Source: the human T2T-CHM13v2.0 reference genome, Homo sapiens. Taken from it: DNA of 64,000 bases. Every line of letters starts with the position of its first letter. Within the stretch, counting starts at the first letter, position 1. The position numbers and the translations under genes were made by a program. Below, one piece after another: positions 36,738 through 55,330 of the stretch. The stretch is taken from assembly GCF_009914755.1 (NCBI RefSeq), contig NC_060938.1. One strand, given 5' to 3'. The notes beneath the pieces are model-generated. The model was not told where the DNA came from and did not search any database. It saw only the letters and a list, made by a program, of their open reading frames with translations.

Positions 36738-37040
36738 TGGATTCAAGATGGTGGTCTAGAGGAGGAACATCTGCCGCTGACAGTCAGGGACATGGGAAGT
36801 CTGGCCCACTCCCAGCAGATCTTGGAGGGAAGATTGAGAGGAGACTGAGGGAGGACACAGAGGAAACACTGAGCCCAAACAGGAGGAAGCTGGGAACCCT
36901 GTACACTGGAAATCAATCCTGGCTTCCAACGACTCCTGGGAAAGGGATGAGTTGAACAGGCAAGGAGAAACATATTCCTGCCATAGACCTCTGGAATTCT
37001 GGCAGCAGGAGACCCCACGACCCCCACAGACACTTGAGCT
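36738..37040 (+). mobile_element. Isolated 5'UTR start of an older primate L1 (L1PA13-16/L1PB-type)
   Basis: 'caagatggtgg' L1 start motif followed by GC-richer 5'UTR-like sequence ending abruptly. Confidence 0.5.
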
Positions 37041-37209
37041 CTATATAGAGATTTTTGTCATTAGCTTGTAAATTTGTAAAAGTATTTTATTATAAATACA
37101 AGGTATTTGTTAGTTATGTGTATTGCAAACAATATTTCTAATCTTGTGGATTGTACTTTCAATCTCTTAAAGTATGCATGTGCATGCACACACACGCAAA
37201 CACACACAC

Positions 37210-37394
37210 TCTTTTTTTGTTGTTGTTTTTTAAGAGACAGGGTCTCCTTATGTAGCCCAGGCTGGAGAGTGCAGTAGTAGCTATTTACAGGTGCAATCAC
37301 TACACACTACAGCCTTGAATTCCTGGGCTCAAATGATCTCCTGCCTCAGCCTCTTGAGTGCTGGGAATACAGGTATGTGTTACTGCACCCAGCC
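37210..37394 (-). mobile_element. FAM-type fossil Alu monomer
   Basis: Monomer containing the 7SL-like 'gctatttacaggtgcaatc' segment. Confidence 0.75.
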
Positions 37395-37641
37395 ATAAAG
37401 TATACTTCGATAAAGGAAAATTCTTATTTTCTCTGAGTTCAATTTTTCAATATTTTCTTTTATGGCAAATGATGCTTTTTGTGCCCAGCTTACAAAATGA
37501 TTTATTTTGTTTGGTTAAAATTTTTTTCTACTGTGTAATCATTTAGGGCATTCTTCATTCAATCCACAATCCATTTGGATTTTTTTTTTCTTTTTGGTAT
37601 GTTGTGAGTTTTAGCTCACAACATATTAAAAGATGTAACCA

Positions 37642-37934
37642 ACATTGCCTGTCTGTTCTTGCCTGTTGTCTACGTATTCCATTAGAGCCCATGGTATATT
37701 AATGATAGTTGTTTTGTATTCTCAGTCTGATAATCCCAACATATTTGCCATATCAGAGTCTGGTTAAGGTTCATTACAAAACTATCTCTTTTGCTGACTC
37801 AAAAGCCCTACATCAATATTAGAAAATTAAAAATAGTTATATGTATAAGAAGAGGGGGAAAGAAAATGGGGAGTAGAGAAAGGAATCATATAGAAAAACA
37901 CTAAAAGCTAAATTAATAATTTAGCTGTTAGTAT
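37642..37934 (-). repeat. Composite templated insertion: inverted copy of 34459-34575, inverted copy of 38621-38761, then fold-back
   Basis: Manual alignment of reverse complements. Confidence 0.8.
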
Positions 37935-39926
37935 GGGTTTCAATTGACTCAGTGTCATTTATTCAAAGCAATGCAAAACAAAACTTATATTCTTTATGCC
38001 ATAATTCCAGTCTCTTTCTAAATCAAGCATCCCTATATGCAAGGATTTTTTTATTCTACTCTCTTTCACTGATGATTTGTCTATCCTTTTTCCATTAATA
38101 TACTTTCTTAATTTCTGTACATTTTTAATGAGTTTTGATATATGTTCATATATATTCTCTAAATTAGATTTTACATATTTTAGGATCATGATGAGTATGC
38201 TTGGTCTTTCCATTTCTATATCAATTCTAGAATCATCTTCTCAATTTCCACAAAATAACATCACATGCATTATATCAGAGAATCACACCAAATTTTCACA
38301 CATTATTGAATATTACAACCCATAAACATGATATATCTATATATTAATATTTAGACTTCAAAATGCATTAGTAATGCTTCATAGTTTTGCTTATAGGAAA
38401 CCTCCACATCATTCATAGATTTATTTAAAAGTGTTAACTTTTTTATGATGTGACTATAATTTACATCAATTTCAAAAAGTCTTTTATTAGTTCTGTCTTT
38501 CAGGGACTGACTTTTGCATATTGATTTTGTACCAAGTTATGTAGACAAATTCACATACATTTTAATAGTTATCAGCTGAAGGAAGATCTATTTTGTTTTA
38601 CTAAAGGTTTTTAAAATTAATAATTTAGCTATTAGTATTTTTCTATATGATTCCTCTCGCTACTCCCCATTTTCTTTCCCCCTTTTCTTATACATATAAC
38701 TATATTTAATTTTGTAATACTGATGTAGGGCTTTTGAGTCAGCAAAGAAGATAGTTTTGTAGTTTTCTTTACTTCTAAAGTCTGTAAAGGCCTTAATATC
38801 AAAAATAAGTTGAAATTATAAGGCGAGTTGGGACATTTTTTTCTCTTTTCCCTGGCAGAGCTTTTGTGAGATTGGTATTAATCTGACCTTAAATTTGAAG
38901 AAAAAAAATCAGCAGTAAATTAGAGCAACTACATCAACTACGAGATGTTTATATATCAATTTGAATTGTTTAATGTTCCTAAAACTTCAAATTCATTATC
39001 ATGAAGTAAGTTAAAATATATTACTATTATCTTTTATGACATTATCATTCCTTTTTTCCTGATTCAGTTTTTTCATTGATAAATTTTGCCTAGCCTATTT
39101 TCAGTCTGTTCAAATAACAACTATTTTGTTGATTTTTTCTATTATAGTCTCACCATATACGCCATTGTTTTCTGTGGGATTTTTTTTTTCTTTATTATTT
39201 CCTTTCTATTTCCTTTGGGCTTAACTTAAACTTCCTTTTCAAAATTGGACTTATTATTGATTTTCAGCTTTTCATATTTTTAATACATGTAGTTAAGACT
39301 ATATTAGTATTTCTCTAGTTACGACTTCCTGTTTATCCTCTTTTAAAATGTCATATTTTTATTATCATGCATTTCATTTTTTTATATTTTTAATCATAGG
39401 CTATTTAGTAGTGTTTTCTAATATCCCCCTAAATGTAGATGTTTGCTATTGTTTCCACCTTAATTATTTCTAATGTAATTGCATTTGAGTCAACTCATAC
39501 TGTGTGATTCAAGTACTTGGAAATATATCAAGACAACAATTACAAATTTAGAAACATTATATCTCCCTGATGAATTAATCAGTTTGTTATTAAATGCCTC
39601 TGTTTTTTCTGGTAGTGATTCTTGGTTTACTGTCTCTTTTATCTGACACAAATATAGCTATACAATTTTCCTTTTCTTAGAATATGATTGGCATATCTTT
39701 TTCTAACTTCTTACTTTTAACCTCTCTGAGTACTAATATTGAATATGTTTCTTTTATAAGCAATCTACATACTGACATATTTACTTAATCTGAAAATATG
39801 CTTCTTTAATTTGTGTTTAGGTTTAAATACAATTTTACTATTAGATTTCCATTCATACCACATGACTTTTCTTCATTTTCTTTCTGGTATTTTCAAAAAA
39901 TCACTTCAATTTTTCTCAGTGCTCCT

Positions 39927-40334
39927 TAATATGGTTTAGATGTTTATCTTTTCCAAATCTCAGATTGAAATGTGATCCCTAATGTTGGATGTGGGGCCTG
40001 GTGGGAGGTGTTTGGGTCCCAGGGGCAAATCTCCCTCAGGAATGGCTTGGTGCCCTCGCTGTGGTAACTCATTACCACAAGATCTGATTGTTCCAAGGAA
40101 CCTGGGACTTCCTCCTTCTCTCTCTCTCTTGCTCCCTGTCTCACCTTGTGACATGCCTCCATTCCCTTCCTGTTCAGCTGTGAGTGAAAGTTTCCTGGGC
40201 CTCACCAGATGCTGAGAAGATGCTGTTGCCAAGTTTGTACAGCCTGCAGCACCATTAGCCAAATAAATTTCTTTTCGTTATAAACAACCTAGTCTCAGTT
40301 ATTGCTTTATAGAAACACAAAATGAACTAACACA
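39927..40334 (+). mobile_element. MSTB-like solo LTR
   Basis: Perfect TSD CTCCT (39922-39926, 40335-40339). Confidence 0.88.
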
Positions 40335-40936
40335 CTCCTCCTCCACTTCATTATTGTATAGACTACACATTTTTTCTTCTTTCATATGTTACTTTAGTGG
40401 TTACAACATACATTCTTGACTTGTTAAAGTCTGATATAAATTAGTACCTAAATTACTATATACTACTCAGACAATTCAAAAACCGAAACAACACTTGAAT
40501 ACCATTCGCATTTTGCTATTATTTTCATGTGTTTATTGTGCATGTTTCAATCCCCAAAAGTTATTCTTATTATATTTTAAGTTGCTAATATTTGCTTGAA
40601 TTTACTCTTGCATTTGCTGTTATTTATTCATTTCATTCTACAACTCTGTATGCCCACCTGGTTTGTTTATTTATTTAGTTTTTCTGAAGCACCTCCTATA
40701 GCATTTGTTTCAATACGATTTACTGGTGATGAGTTCTCTTGGTTTTGCTTATTTAAGACATCTTTATTTCATTTTTCTGTTTAAAATGCTTTCCACTGGA
40801 TTAGAGCTATTGGTTAGTAGTTATTTTATTAATATTTAAGCACTAAATATATCATCCCATTTTATTCTGTTCTCTGTATTTTCTTCCAAATGCGAGATGT
40901 CAGATTTGTAGTTGCTCTCCTGGTGGGGAGGGGCCA

Positions 40937-40976
40937 GTGTGCGTGCGTGTGTGTGTGTGTGTGCATGTGCGTGTGT
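40937..40976. repeat. (GT)n microsatellite
   Basis: Direct reading. Confidence 0.9.
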
Positions 40977-42373
40977 TCCTCTGCTTAAATCCACAAAGCT
41001 TTTGGAATCTGAGGCTTGAAGTCATCCATCACTTTTAGAAAATTCTGAAAGTATGTCTTCAAATACTACTTCTTGCCCCACTCTTTTGTGTTTTTCTGCT
41101 GGTCTCCAAAGTAACTTATTTTCGATTTCTAATCATGTCTCATATGTCTACTATGTCGTTTTTCTGAAGTGTTTCTCCTTTTCTTCTTAATGTCTCAAAA
41201 ATTCTGTATTTCTCACATTCCAATTCACCAGTCCTGTAGTCAGCTATGCCTAATCCACTGTTCAATTTACCTATTTTATTCTCAAATTTATTTTTTGTAT
41301 TTTTACATTCTAGAGTTTCCATTTTACTGTTCTTTAATAGGCTGCAATATCTGGAAAAATTACCCACTAGAATCATGAATGATTATGATGGTGCTTAAAG
41401 TCTGTATCTGATTAACTCCAACTTTTATATCACTTATAGATATATTTCTATTGTTTTTAGTTTTTTCACTTAGGTTTTGATTATTTGGTCTTAATTTTAT
41501 GACATTTCTACTATGTTTCTATTTAATTTCTGACTTTTATATCACAATTTAACAAGAATAATTTGGAGCTCTTTCTGATGTTACCACTTAACAGACAAGA
41601 TTTCCTTTTCTTTCTGACAGGGAGTTAGAATAGGTGCATATATATTTAATATAATATAAGGTTTAGATAGTTTGGAACTGAGATATTTTGTGAGAGCTGG
41701 GCAGTCTCTGGTTTTACCATTATTTCCTTGCTATAGTGGGTCTAGGGTCCTTAGAAATATGAATAATTTCAGGGTCCCTCCTTGCCAATCTTTAAACTCC
41801 AAATTTTGTCACGTAGTTTTGTAAAATTATTGAAAGCAATACTTATCTTCATGCTTATTTGTTTACCTGACTCTAACTTTCTGGACATAGCACTAGTAAC
41901 TGCAAATATCTTAAAGTAAAAAATATTGACTAAATTTCAAGCTCACCTAGAGGCATTTACTTTTCACTGAGATTTGGGACATCTCATATCTAGATGGCTT
42001 GGTAGCTCACTGATGACTTAAAACAGGTATTTTTGCTTGTTTGTTTAATTTTGTTCAGTGTTTCTAGCTTTCTGAGTTGTTTCCACAACAATTTATTCCA
42101 CTTACTATAGGCAGTGATGTGTATATGAATATTACTGTAAGTAGAAAATAGCTATATTTTCATGTTAGTTATCAAAAGGAGGTGTATTTTTCTGAATTAA
42201 AAATTCTCGAAGGAAGTTTTGTTGTTAATCTAACATAAGGTATGAAATTGACTAAGATTTTATAAACAAAGTTATAGAAACGATGTGACTCACCCTCAAA
42301 AAAATCATACAGTTTTCAATTTTCAGACTGCCAATTAAAAGACATATTTTCTAATTCCTGATCACAACTCTTT

Positions 42374-42669
<296 letters not shown>

Positions 42670-43042
42670 TGATCAAGACTCTTTACCATTCAAAGCTGTT
42701 AGATTAAACAAGCTTACAGTTATTTTCTGGGTACTTCACAATCACTTGTGCATGTTTTCTACTCAAGAAACCATGACAATATTTGCTGGCTAATAGAATA
42801 AAAGTAATATTTCAAATAAATATTATATCATTACATATAGGTATATAGCAGTATACCATTTTAGTAGTGTACTTACTGAAAAGCAACTAAAGAAAAATGA
42901 ATTATCTTTCAATAATAGTCACATCTTCTCACATTTACTTTGTCTTATTTTCTGAAAGCACATAGCTTTATGTCCTGTAGCCAAATTGTTAAATCCCCAT
43001 CTTTGCCTATGAAAATATATAGGATTGATTTAAAGCCAAATT

Positions 43043-43083
43043 CACACACACACACACACACACACAAATACACACACACACAC
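43043..43083. repeat. (CA)n microsatellite
   Basis: Direct reading. Confidence 0.9.
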
Positions 43084-43449
43084 CCTAAAACACATTGTTA
43101 TCGTTATCCAGCCTTAAAGCTTGTACCTGAGTCTCCCACCAACCCTACCTATCCTCCCCAACAACACTTCAGGAAAGTGTGCTTGTAGTGAGTTATATCA
43201 TGAATCCGTGACATAGAAAAATTCACAACGCATAACTTTCCCTTTTCATTACTTTGTTCCAGAATCCATTATCAATTATCTTTGTCTTATAAAAACAGGT
43301 ATCAACATCCAAATAACTTAAGACATTTAATAAGAAAAGTCAAACAATGTGTGGGAAAAATTTCTTTTAGGAAAAGCTTTCATAAAAATAAATACTTTAC
43401 TATACCAGGGATAGCATTAATTTTTACGTGTGAAAGATTTTGAAAGCTA

Positions 43450-45399
<1,950 letters not shown>

Positions 45400-46833
45400 C
45401 ATTGTGTTTAACATTACTAATAAAGTAGTTTAATATTTACTAGGATTTAGAGGATGCAGAACAAAACCTTATCTTAAATATTTGAAAAGGAAAGATAGAT
45501 ATAATCAGTTTTCATTGAAATTATAAATTTTCACAGTACTATTAAAGCACTTTAAACTATTTTGATTACATTTTATGTACTTGCTTATTAAATGATTTGT
45601 AATTGCAAATGACATGGGAAAGTTGTCATATTTTCCCTTTCAAGGGCCTTGGTTGACTAAATTCTCTCATTATTTAAGGATTATCATTATTATTAGCACA
45701 GTTTTAATTTTAAAAGATACCTGGCATTTAATGGTCATTTTAAAATATATATATATATTTGAATGAAATAATTTTGTCATTAGAAATTACTATTAATGCA
45801 AACTTAATTGTGTTTGCAATTTAGTTTGGCATTTACTTCAAGGTCTACAAAAAGCTATAGCTACCAAGAACACTTTCATATCTTAAACAAGAGAGGAAAC
45901 TACACATTTTAATCAAACTGTTTCCTACTGAGAGTGGAAAATATAAAAGGAAATTTAACAGGTGTCTAGCTCTCTGAGCAAATTGAGCTAATGAGGCAAA
46001 TTTTCATCTTGCAAAGAATGAAAGAAGAGAATGAGACACAGAGCATCAGTTGAGGAATATATGATGAGCCATCTGGCTTGATGATATAAATAGATGATAA
46101 GTTCCATATGCAGTTCTCTCAAAGTTGGCCCAAACGCAGAAGTAGTAGATGAGCACTTTACCTGTTTAACCCCCTGCCATGACTTCCATGCAGCTAAAGC
46201 ACACTTACATAGTTTACTTTTGATTAATCTTATTGACCAGTCTACTCTCCATACACAAGGTAAATGTCAGAGGGATTTGATAAAGGGGTGGACCATACTC
46301 TGACCAAGAAAATATTAGGCCAGTGTAACTGATGGGAGGGGTTGCTAGGAGTAACAAACCATGACATAAAAACAAACAAACAAACAAACAAAAAAAACTA
46401 TGTAGAAAGAAATGCACCCAGGTTGAAGAAAAGTGTTTTGCATAATTTATAGTAACAATGCAAAATATCTAAAAGGGAAAAATATAATTGAAGACCCTAG
46501 AAGCCAACAAATATATAATTCTGATTTTGAATCACATCTCATACCGATTCACTAATTTACTTAACAAGTGATCTTTATTTTTTTTCCAGTTTTTAGGCAC
46601 CGTGTTCCCTGAGGGAAAAGAAAAAAAAAAGAAAAGAAAACATGTATTCTTACAGAAAATTCTTCTATGAGTTCAATTTTCTTCTTTAATATGTACAAAC
46701 AGCAGACCAAAAGTTAAGCAACACTGAGAAAATGTAATTACAAGAAAAAATGTTGAGTGCTTAATTTTCTACTTTTTACATTCAAAGTGAAAAACATTGG
46801 AAAGGACAATGATAATGGATATTTAACCTTATA

Positions 46834-47896
46834 AAAAGCAATGACAACAAAAGCCAAAATGGACAAATGGGATCTCTTTAAAGAGCTTCTGTACAGCAAA
46901 AGAAACTATTATCAGAGTGGACAGGCAACATACAGAATGGGAGAACATTTTTGCAATCTATCCATCTGACAAAGGGCTAAGATCCAGCATCTACATGGAA
47001 TTTAAACAAATTTACAAGAAAAAAATCAAACAACCCCATCAAAAAGTGGGTGAAAAATATGAACAGGTACTTCTCAAAAAAAAGACATATATGCAGCCAA
47101 CAAACATATGAATAAAAAGGTCATCATCACTGATCATTAGAGAAATGCAAATCAAAACCACAATGAGATGCCATCTCATGCCAGTTAGAATGGTGATCAT
47201 TAAAAAGTCAGGAAACAACAGATACTGGAGAGGGAAGTAGAGAAATAGGAACGCTTTTACATTGTTTGCGGGAGTGTGAATTAGTTCAACCATTGTGGAA
47301 GACAGTGTGGAGATTCCTCAAGGATCTAGAACTAGAAATACCATTTGACCCAGCAATCCTATTACTGGGTATATACCTAAAGGATTATAAATCATTCTAC
47401 TATAAAGACACATGCACACGTATGTTTATTGCAGCACTGTTCACAATAGCAAAGTCTTGGAACCAACCCAAATGCCCATCAATGATAGACTGGTTGAAGA
47501 AAATGTGGCACATATATATACACCATGGAATACTATGCAGCCATATAAAGGAGGAGTTCATGTCCTTTGCAGGGACATGGATGAAGCTGGAGACCATCAT
47601 TCTCAGCAAACTAACACAGGAATAGAAAACCAAACACCACATGTTCTCACTCATAAGTGGGAGCTGAACAATGAGAACACATGGACACAGGGAGGGGCAC
47701 ATCACACACCAGGGCCTGTTGGGGAGTTGGGGGCTAGGGCAGGGATAGCATTAAGAGAAATACCTAATTCAGATGATGGGTTGATGGGTGCAGCAAACCA
47801 CCATGGCACATGTATACCTATGTAACACACTTGCACATTCTGCACATGTATCCCGGAACTTAAAGTATAATTTTAAAAATAAATAAATAAATAAAT
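46834..47896 (+). mobile_element. L1 copy D: L1PA7-like 3' fragment, ~1.06 kb
   Basis: ORF2 C-terminus, 3'UTR and (AAAT)n tail. Confidence 0.9.
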
Positions 47897-48239
47897 AGTG
47901 ACCCTAGTGAATGTTGTGGTGAATTGTATAATTATAGCAACAGTTTCCCAGTATGATGGAATCATCAGTGTACGGTTAAGATATTTTCATTAAGAGATAA
48001 GAAAATATTTTAATTTGTAACTGTATTAATTGGTTATCTGATGATATTGCCAGCATTTTCTTAACAGCCAATGAAATGGTGGTTAATATGATTATAGTCA
48101 ACTGTACTATTTTTATTACATATTTTAGGCAAAATAAATTATTGCATCATTAGCATTGCTATTGATTTTTCACACACTTGCTTATTAGGTATATGAACTG
48201 ATTGTTAGCCAGGAATAACATCTTTATTTTCATCTGTAT

Positions 48240-48335
48240 ATTCACTCATTCAACAAACATTATTAAGTACCTACTGGCTTGTACCAGACACTGGAACCGC
48301 ACTTGGAAAATAACAGTTGTTGGCTGGTGAACATA
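48240..48335 (-). mobile_element. L2 3'-end fragment
   Basis: 'ttcactcattcaacaaacattattaagtacctact...ccagacactg'. Confidence 0.65.
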
Positions 48336-48631
48336 TGATAAAAGTAGAGACCCCCCAGAATTCTCTGACACAACTTGAACAACCTGCTCCTGAATGACAC
48401 AAAGAACATAGGTTGTGAGAGAACAAAAACAGTCAAAAATGACCACAAAATGTTTTTTTCTGAGAAAAATTATCCTATAAACTCATAAGAACAAACTTAA
48501 GAAGAATTGATTTGAGTAGAAAAGAAATACTATAATCCCAATTTAATAAGAAACATAAAGCAGAATTATCCTCCACAGGACACAAGAATTAGGACTTTAG
48601 AACAACTCATATAAATAAAAATAATTAAAAT

Positions 48632-52932
<4,301 letters not shown>

Positions 52933-53770
52933 AAAATTAAGTAAAATGAAAAACAGTCAAGATGAGGAATAAAAATTATACTTAAAAATTACTATAAAAA
53001 ATAAGAGGAAATTGATAGCAACATTAGGGAGATAACTAAGGTAAGAGAAAACTTCACATGCCGGGAAAGAAGTGGTAAGATAGAACAACTACATTCAATG
53101 GAAGGAAGGAGTTGCAGTACGGTCTTGTGTAATAGACAGCCCCATGTGCATTAGTAATGTCAAAATCTGTTCCTTCAGCTCTATTCACAGCTAGAAGAGT
53201 AGAAAGAGTGAAAATAATAGAAGAGCCCCACTTAGAATCTGAACCTTGGGAATGAAAAGTCACTAAAATGGAAGACAGAAGTACAAAGAGAAGAGATGGA
53301 TTTTGTAATCTCACAGTAGGCATGAGCTACTACTGCACAATAATATCCTGAGGTTATACGGCGTGTGTGCTGTAGGAGAAACATATCAATGAGGGAATCA
53401 TGTGGACTTCCTGCTTCCTTCCGAATGTAATTTAAATACCCTTTGTCTTTCCCACTGCCACGAAAGAATGGACCTATAAGAACACATTCATGTGATAGAA
53501 TATTTTTGAAATATTAATTGATGTTTTATTCCTAAACTTGCCTTGTATGTTCTTCCCCCTTTTCATCACTTTATTTAATGAAACAGATTTGGAATTATTA
53601 CCTCATCATGATAAGGAATGTGAATTGGATGGAAAACAGGAAATACTCTGCAGGTCTCTAGTAACTTTTGTTTCCAAAATACTAAAGCCCTTAAAAAATT
53701 CAGACGACCTCTGGAATAACTTAATGTTTTGACGAGTAATGTTTGAGGATGGCAGGATTTTTCTCTGGAA

Positions 53771-53999
53771 CAGTGTTTCTTATATGGTTACAATTTTTCC
53801 TCCCAGGGAATATTTGGCAGAATCTGAAGGCATTTCGAATGTTACCACAAAGCTGGGGTAGGGTAGTGTTATTGGCATCTTGTGGGTGGTACCAGGGATG
53901 CCGGTAAGCATCTAGAATACACAAGACAGCCCCCCTACCCCCGCCATCAAATAATTATCCAGTCCAAAATGTCAAAAATAACAAGGCTGAAAAACTTTG
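53771..53999. mobile_element. MER20 hAT-Charlie element
   Basis: 'tcccagggaatatttggca...tattggcatct..tgggt...ccagggatgc...aattatccagtccaaaatgtcaa...aggctgaaaaac'. Confidence 0.82.
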
Positions 54000-55094
54000 A
54001 TCTAAAGAGACTGAAGAATAGTTTCTTTGTTGTCTGGGACGACAGAGGCTATGGGGATAGTAATGACGAAGGGCAGTGGCAGATTGTGCAGGAAAAACTC
54101 TGTTTCTCTGGAAGAGCCCTGGATGCTGGGAGGTCACCTGTCTCACAGATTGACACCTAGAGGCACGGGACCATCACAGTAAAGGAAGAAGTGTGCACTG
54201 TGTTCAGGCCAATGGGATCTGAGCCAGGCAGAAGTGGTGGTGCTCCAGTATGTCAGGCAAGCCACAGAACAAGCTAAAGTCTAAGGGCACAGGAGAGGAA
54301 GAGGTGACTAGAGCTGACTGTCCTAGGCAAAACAGGGAGGGGCATTTTAGTGAAGAGCCTGAATGAAGAGAGGATTCAAACAGAGGCCAGGGTTGCACTC
54401 TGATCCACCAGTTCTTCTACAGAGCTGTGGTTTGAGGTATAGAAAGTTGATCCCCAGAAGAGAACAAACTCTGTGGTAAGGGAAAAGAGGGTCACGTTCA
54501 GTAACAGCGAAACTTGTGTCCCTGGAAACCAATAAAGTTTATCGAAACATTTTGTATTAAGAAAAATTTTCTTAGAAATAAGTTTAAAACATTCCAATTT
54601 TAGATAATGACATTTAGGCAAGGGCTGTTGCTGTGCATGCCAAATGTTAAAATTTCTAAAGTGAAATTTAAATATAATGGATTAGGAAACAGAAAGTTAC
54701 TTCACTTTTCCCAAATACAAGGTTTTCAAAATCAGCCTATTGATGGCTTAAAAGTCTGAATATGGTTTGTTACTGTTGTTGTTTTGCTTTGGTCTTCTTG
54801 AGTTTAGTTTTTGTGTTAAATTAGACATTTTAATTCAAATAGCTGGGGTTGAAAATACAGAAGGAATGCCATTATGCAGATGTGCAGCTATTCATTTTCC
54901 TTCTGCCTTGAAGACTTCTGGCAGACCTTGGAGGAAGGATGGTAGCAGAATAGAAGTTATCTGAATCACTCGACCTCCTTATAATTTATATGATTTTTGG
55001 TACAGATATTAATGTCATAAAACTCTTTGAAAGCCTGTACTATTTAAATTTTTAAAATATCAAATTCACCAAAAGTAAGAAGGAAAAGCTTTAT

Positions 55095-55330
55095 AGCATA
55101 GTAACTAAACTTACTAAGCACTAAGTATGTGCCAACCATTGTATTAGGACTTTGCATGTGATATCTTAATACTTGTGGTGACACTATGAGGAAGCTCATG
55201 TAAATATTCCTATTTTAGACATGAAGAAACTGACATGCAGAGATATTTAGTGACTTAAGATCACAAAACTAAGAGCAGATATCAGTAATCAAACCTAAGT
55301 AGTCTGATTTCAGAGCATTTTGCTTGGGCT
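55095..55330 (-). mobile_element. MIR
   Basis: 'ttactaagcactaagtatgtgcca...attttagacatgaagaaactga...tagtgactt...gtctgatttcagagc'. Confidence 0.75.

Larger units (their letters stand above)
37045..42120 (-). mobile_element. Very old L1M (L1ME-type) remnants
   Basis: T-rich, collinear faint ORF2 then ORF1 similarity (e.g. the 41140-41376 translation). Confidence 0.55.
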
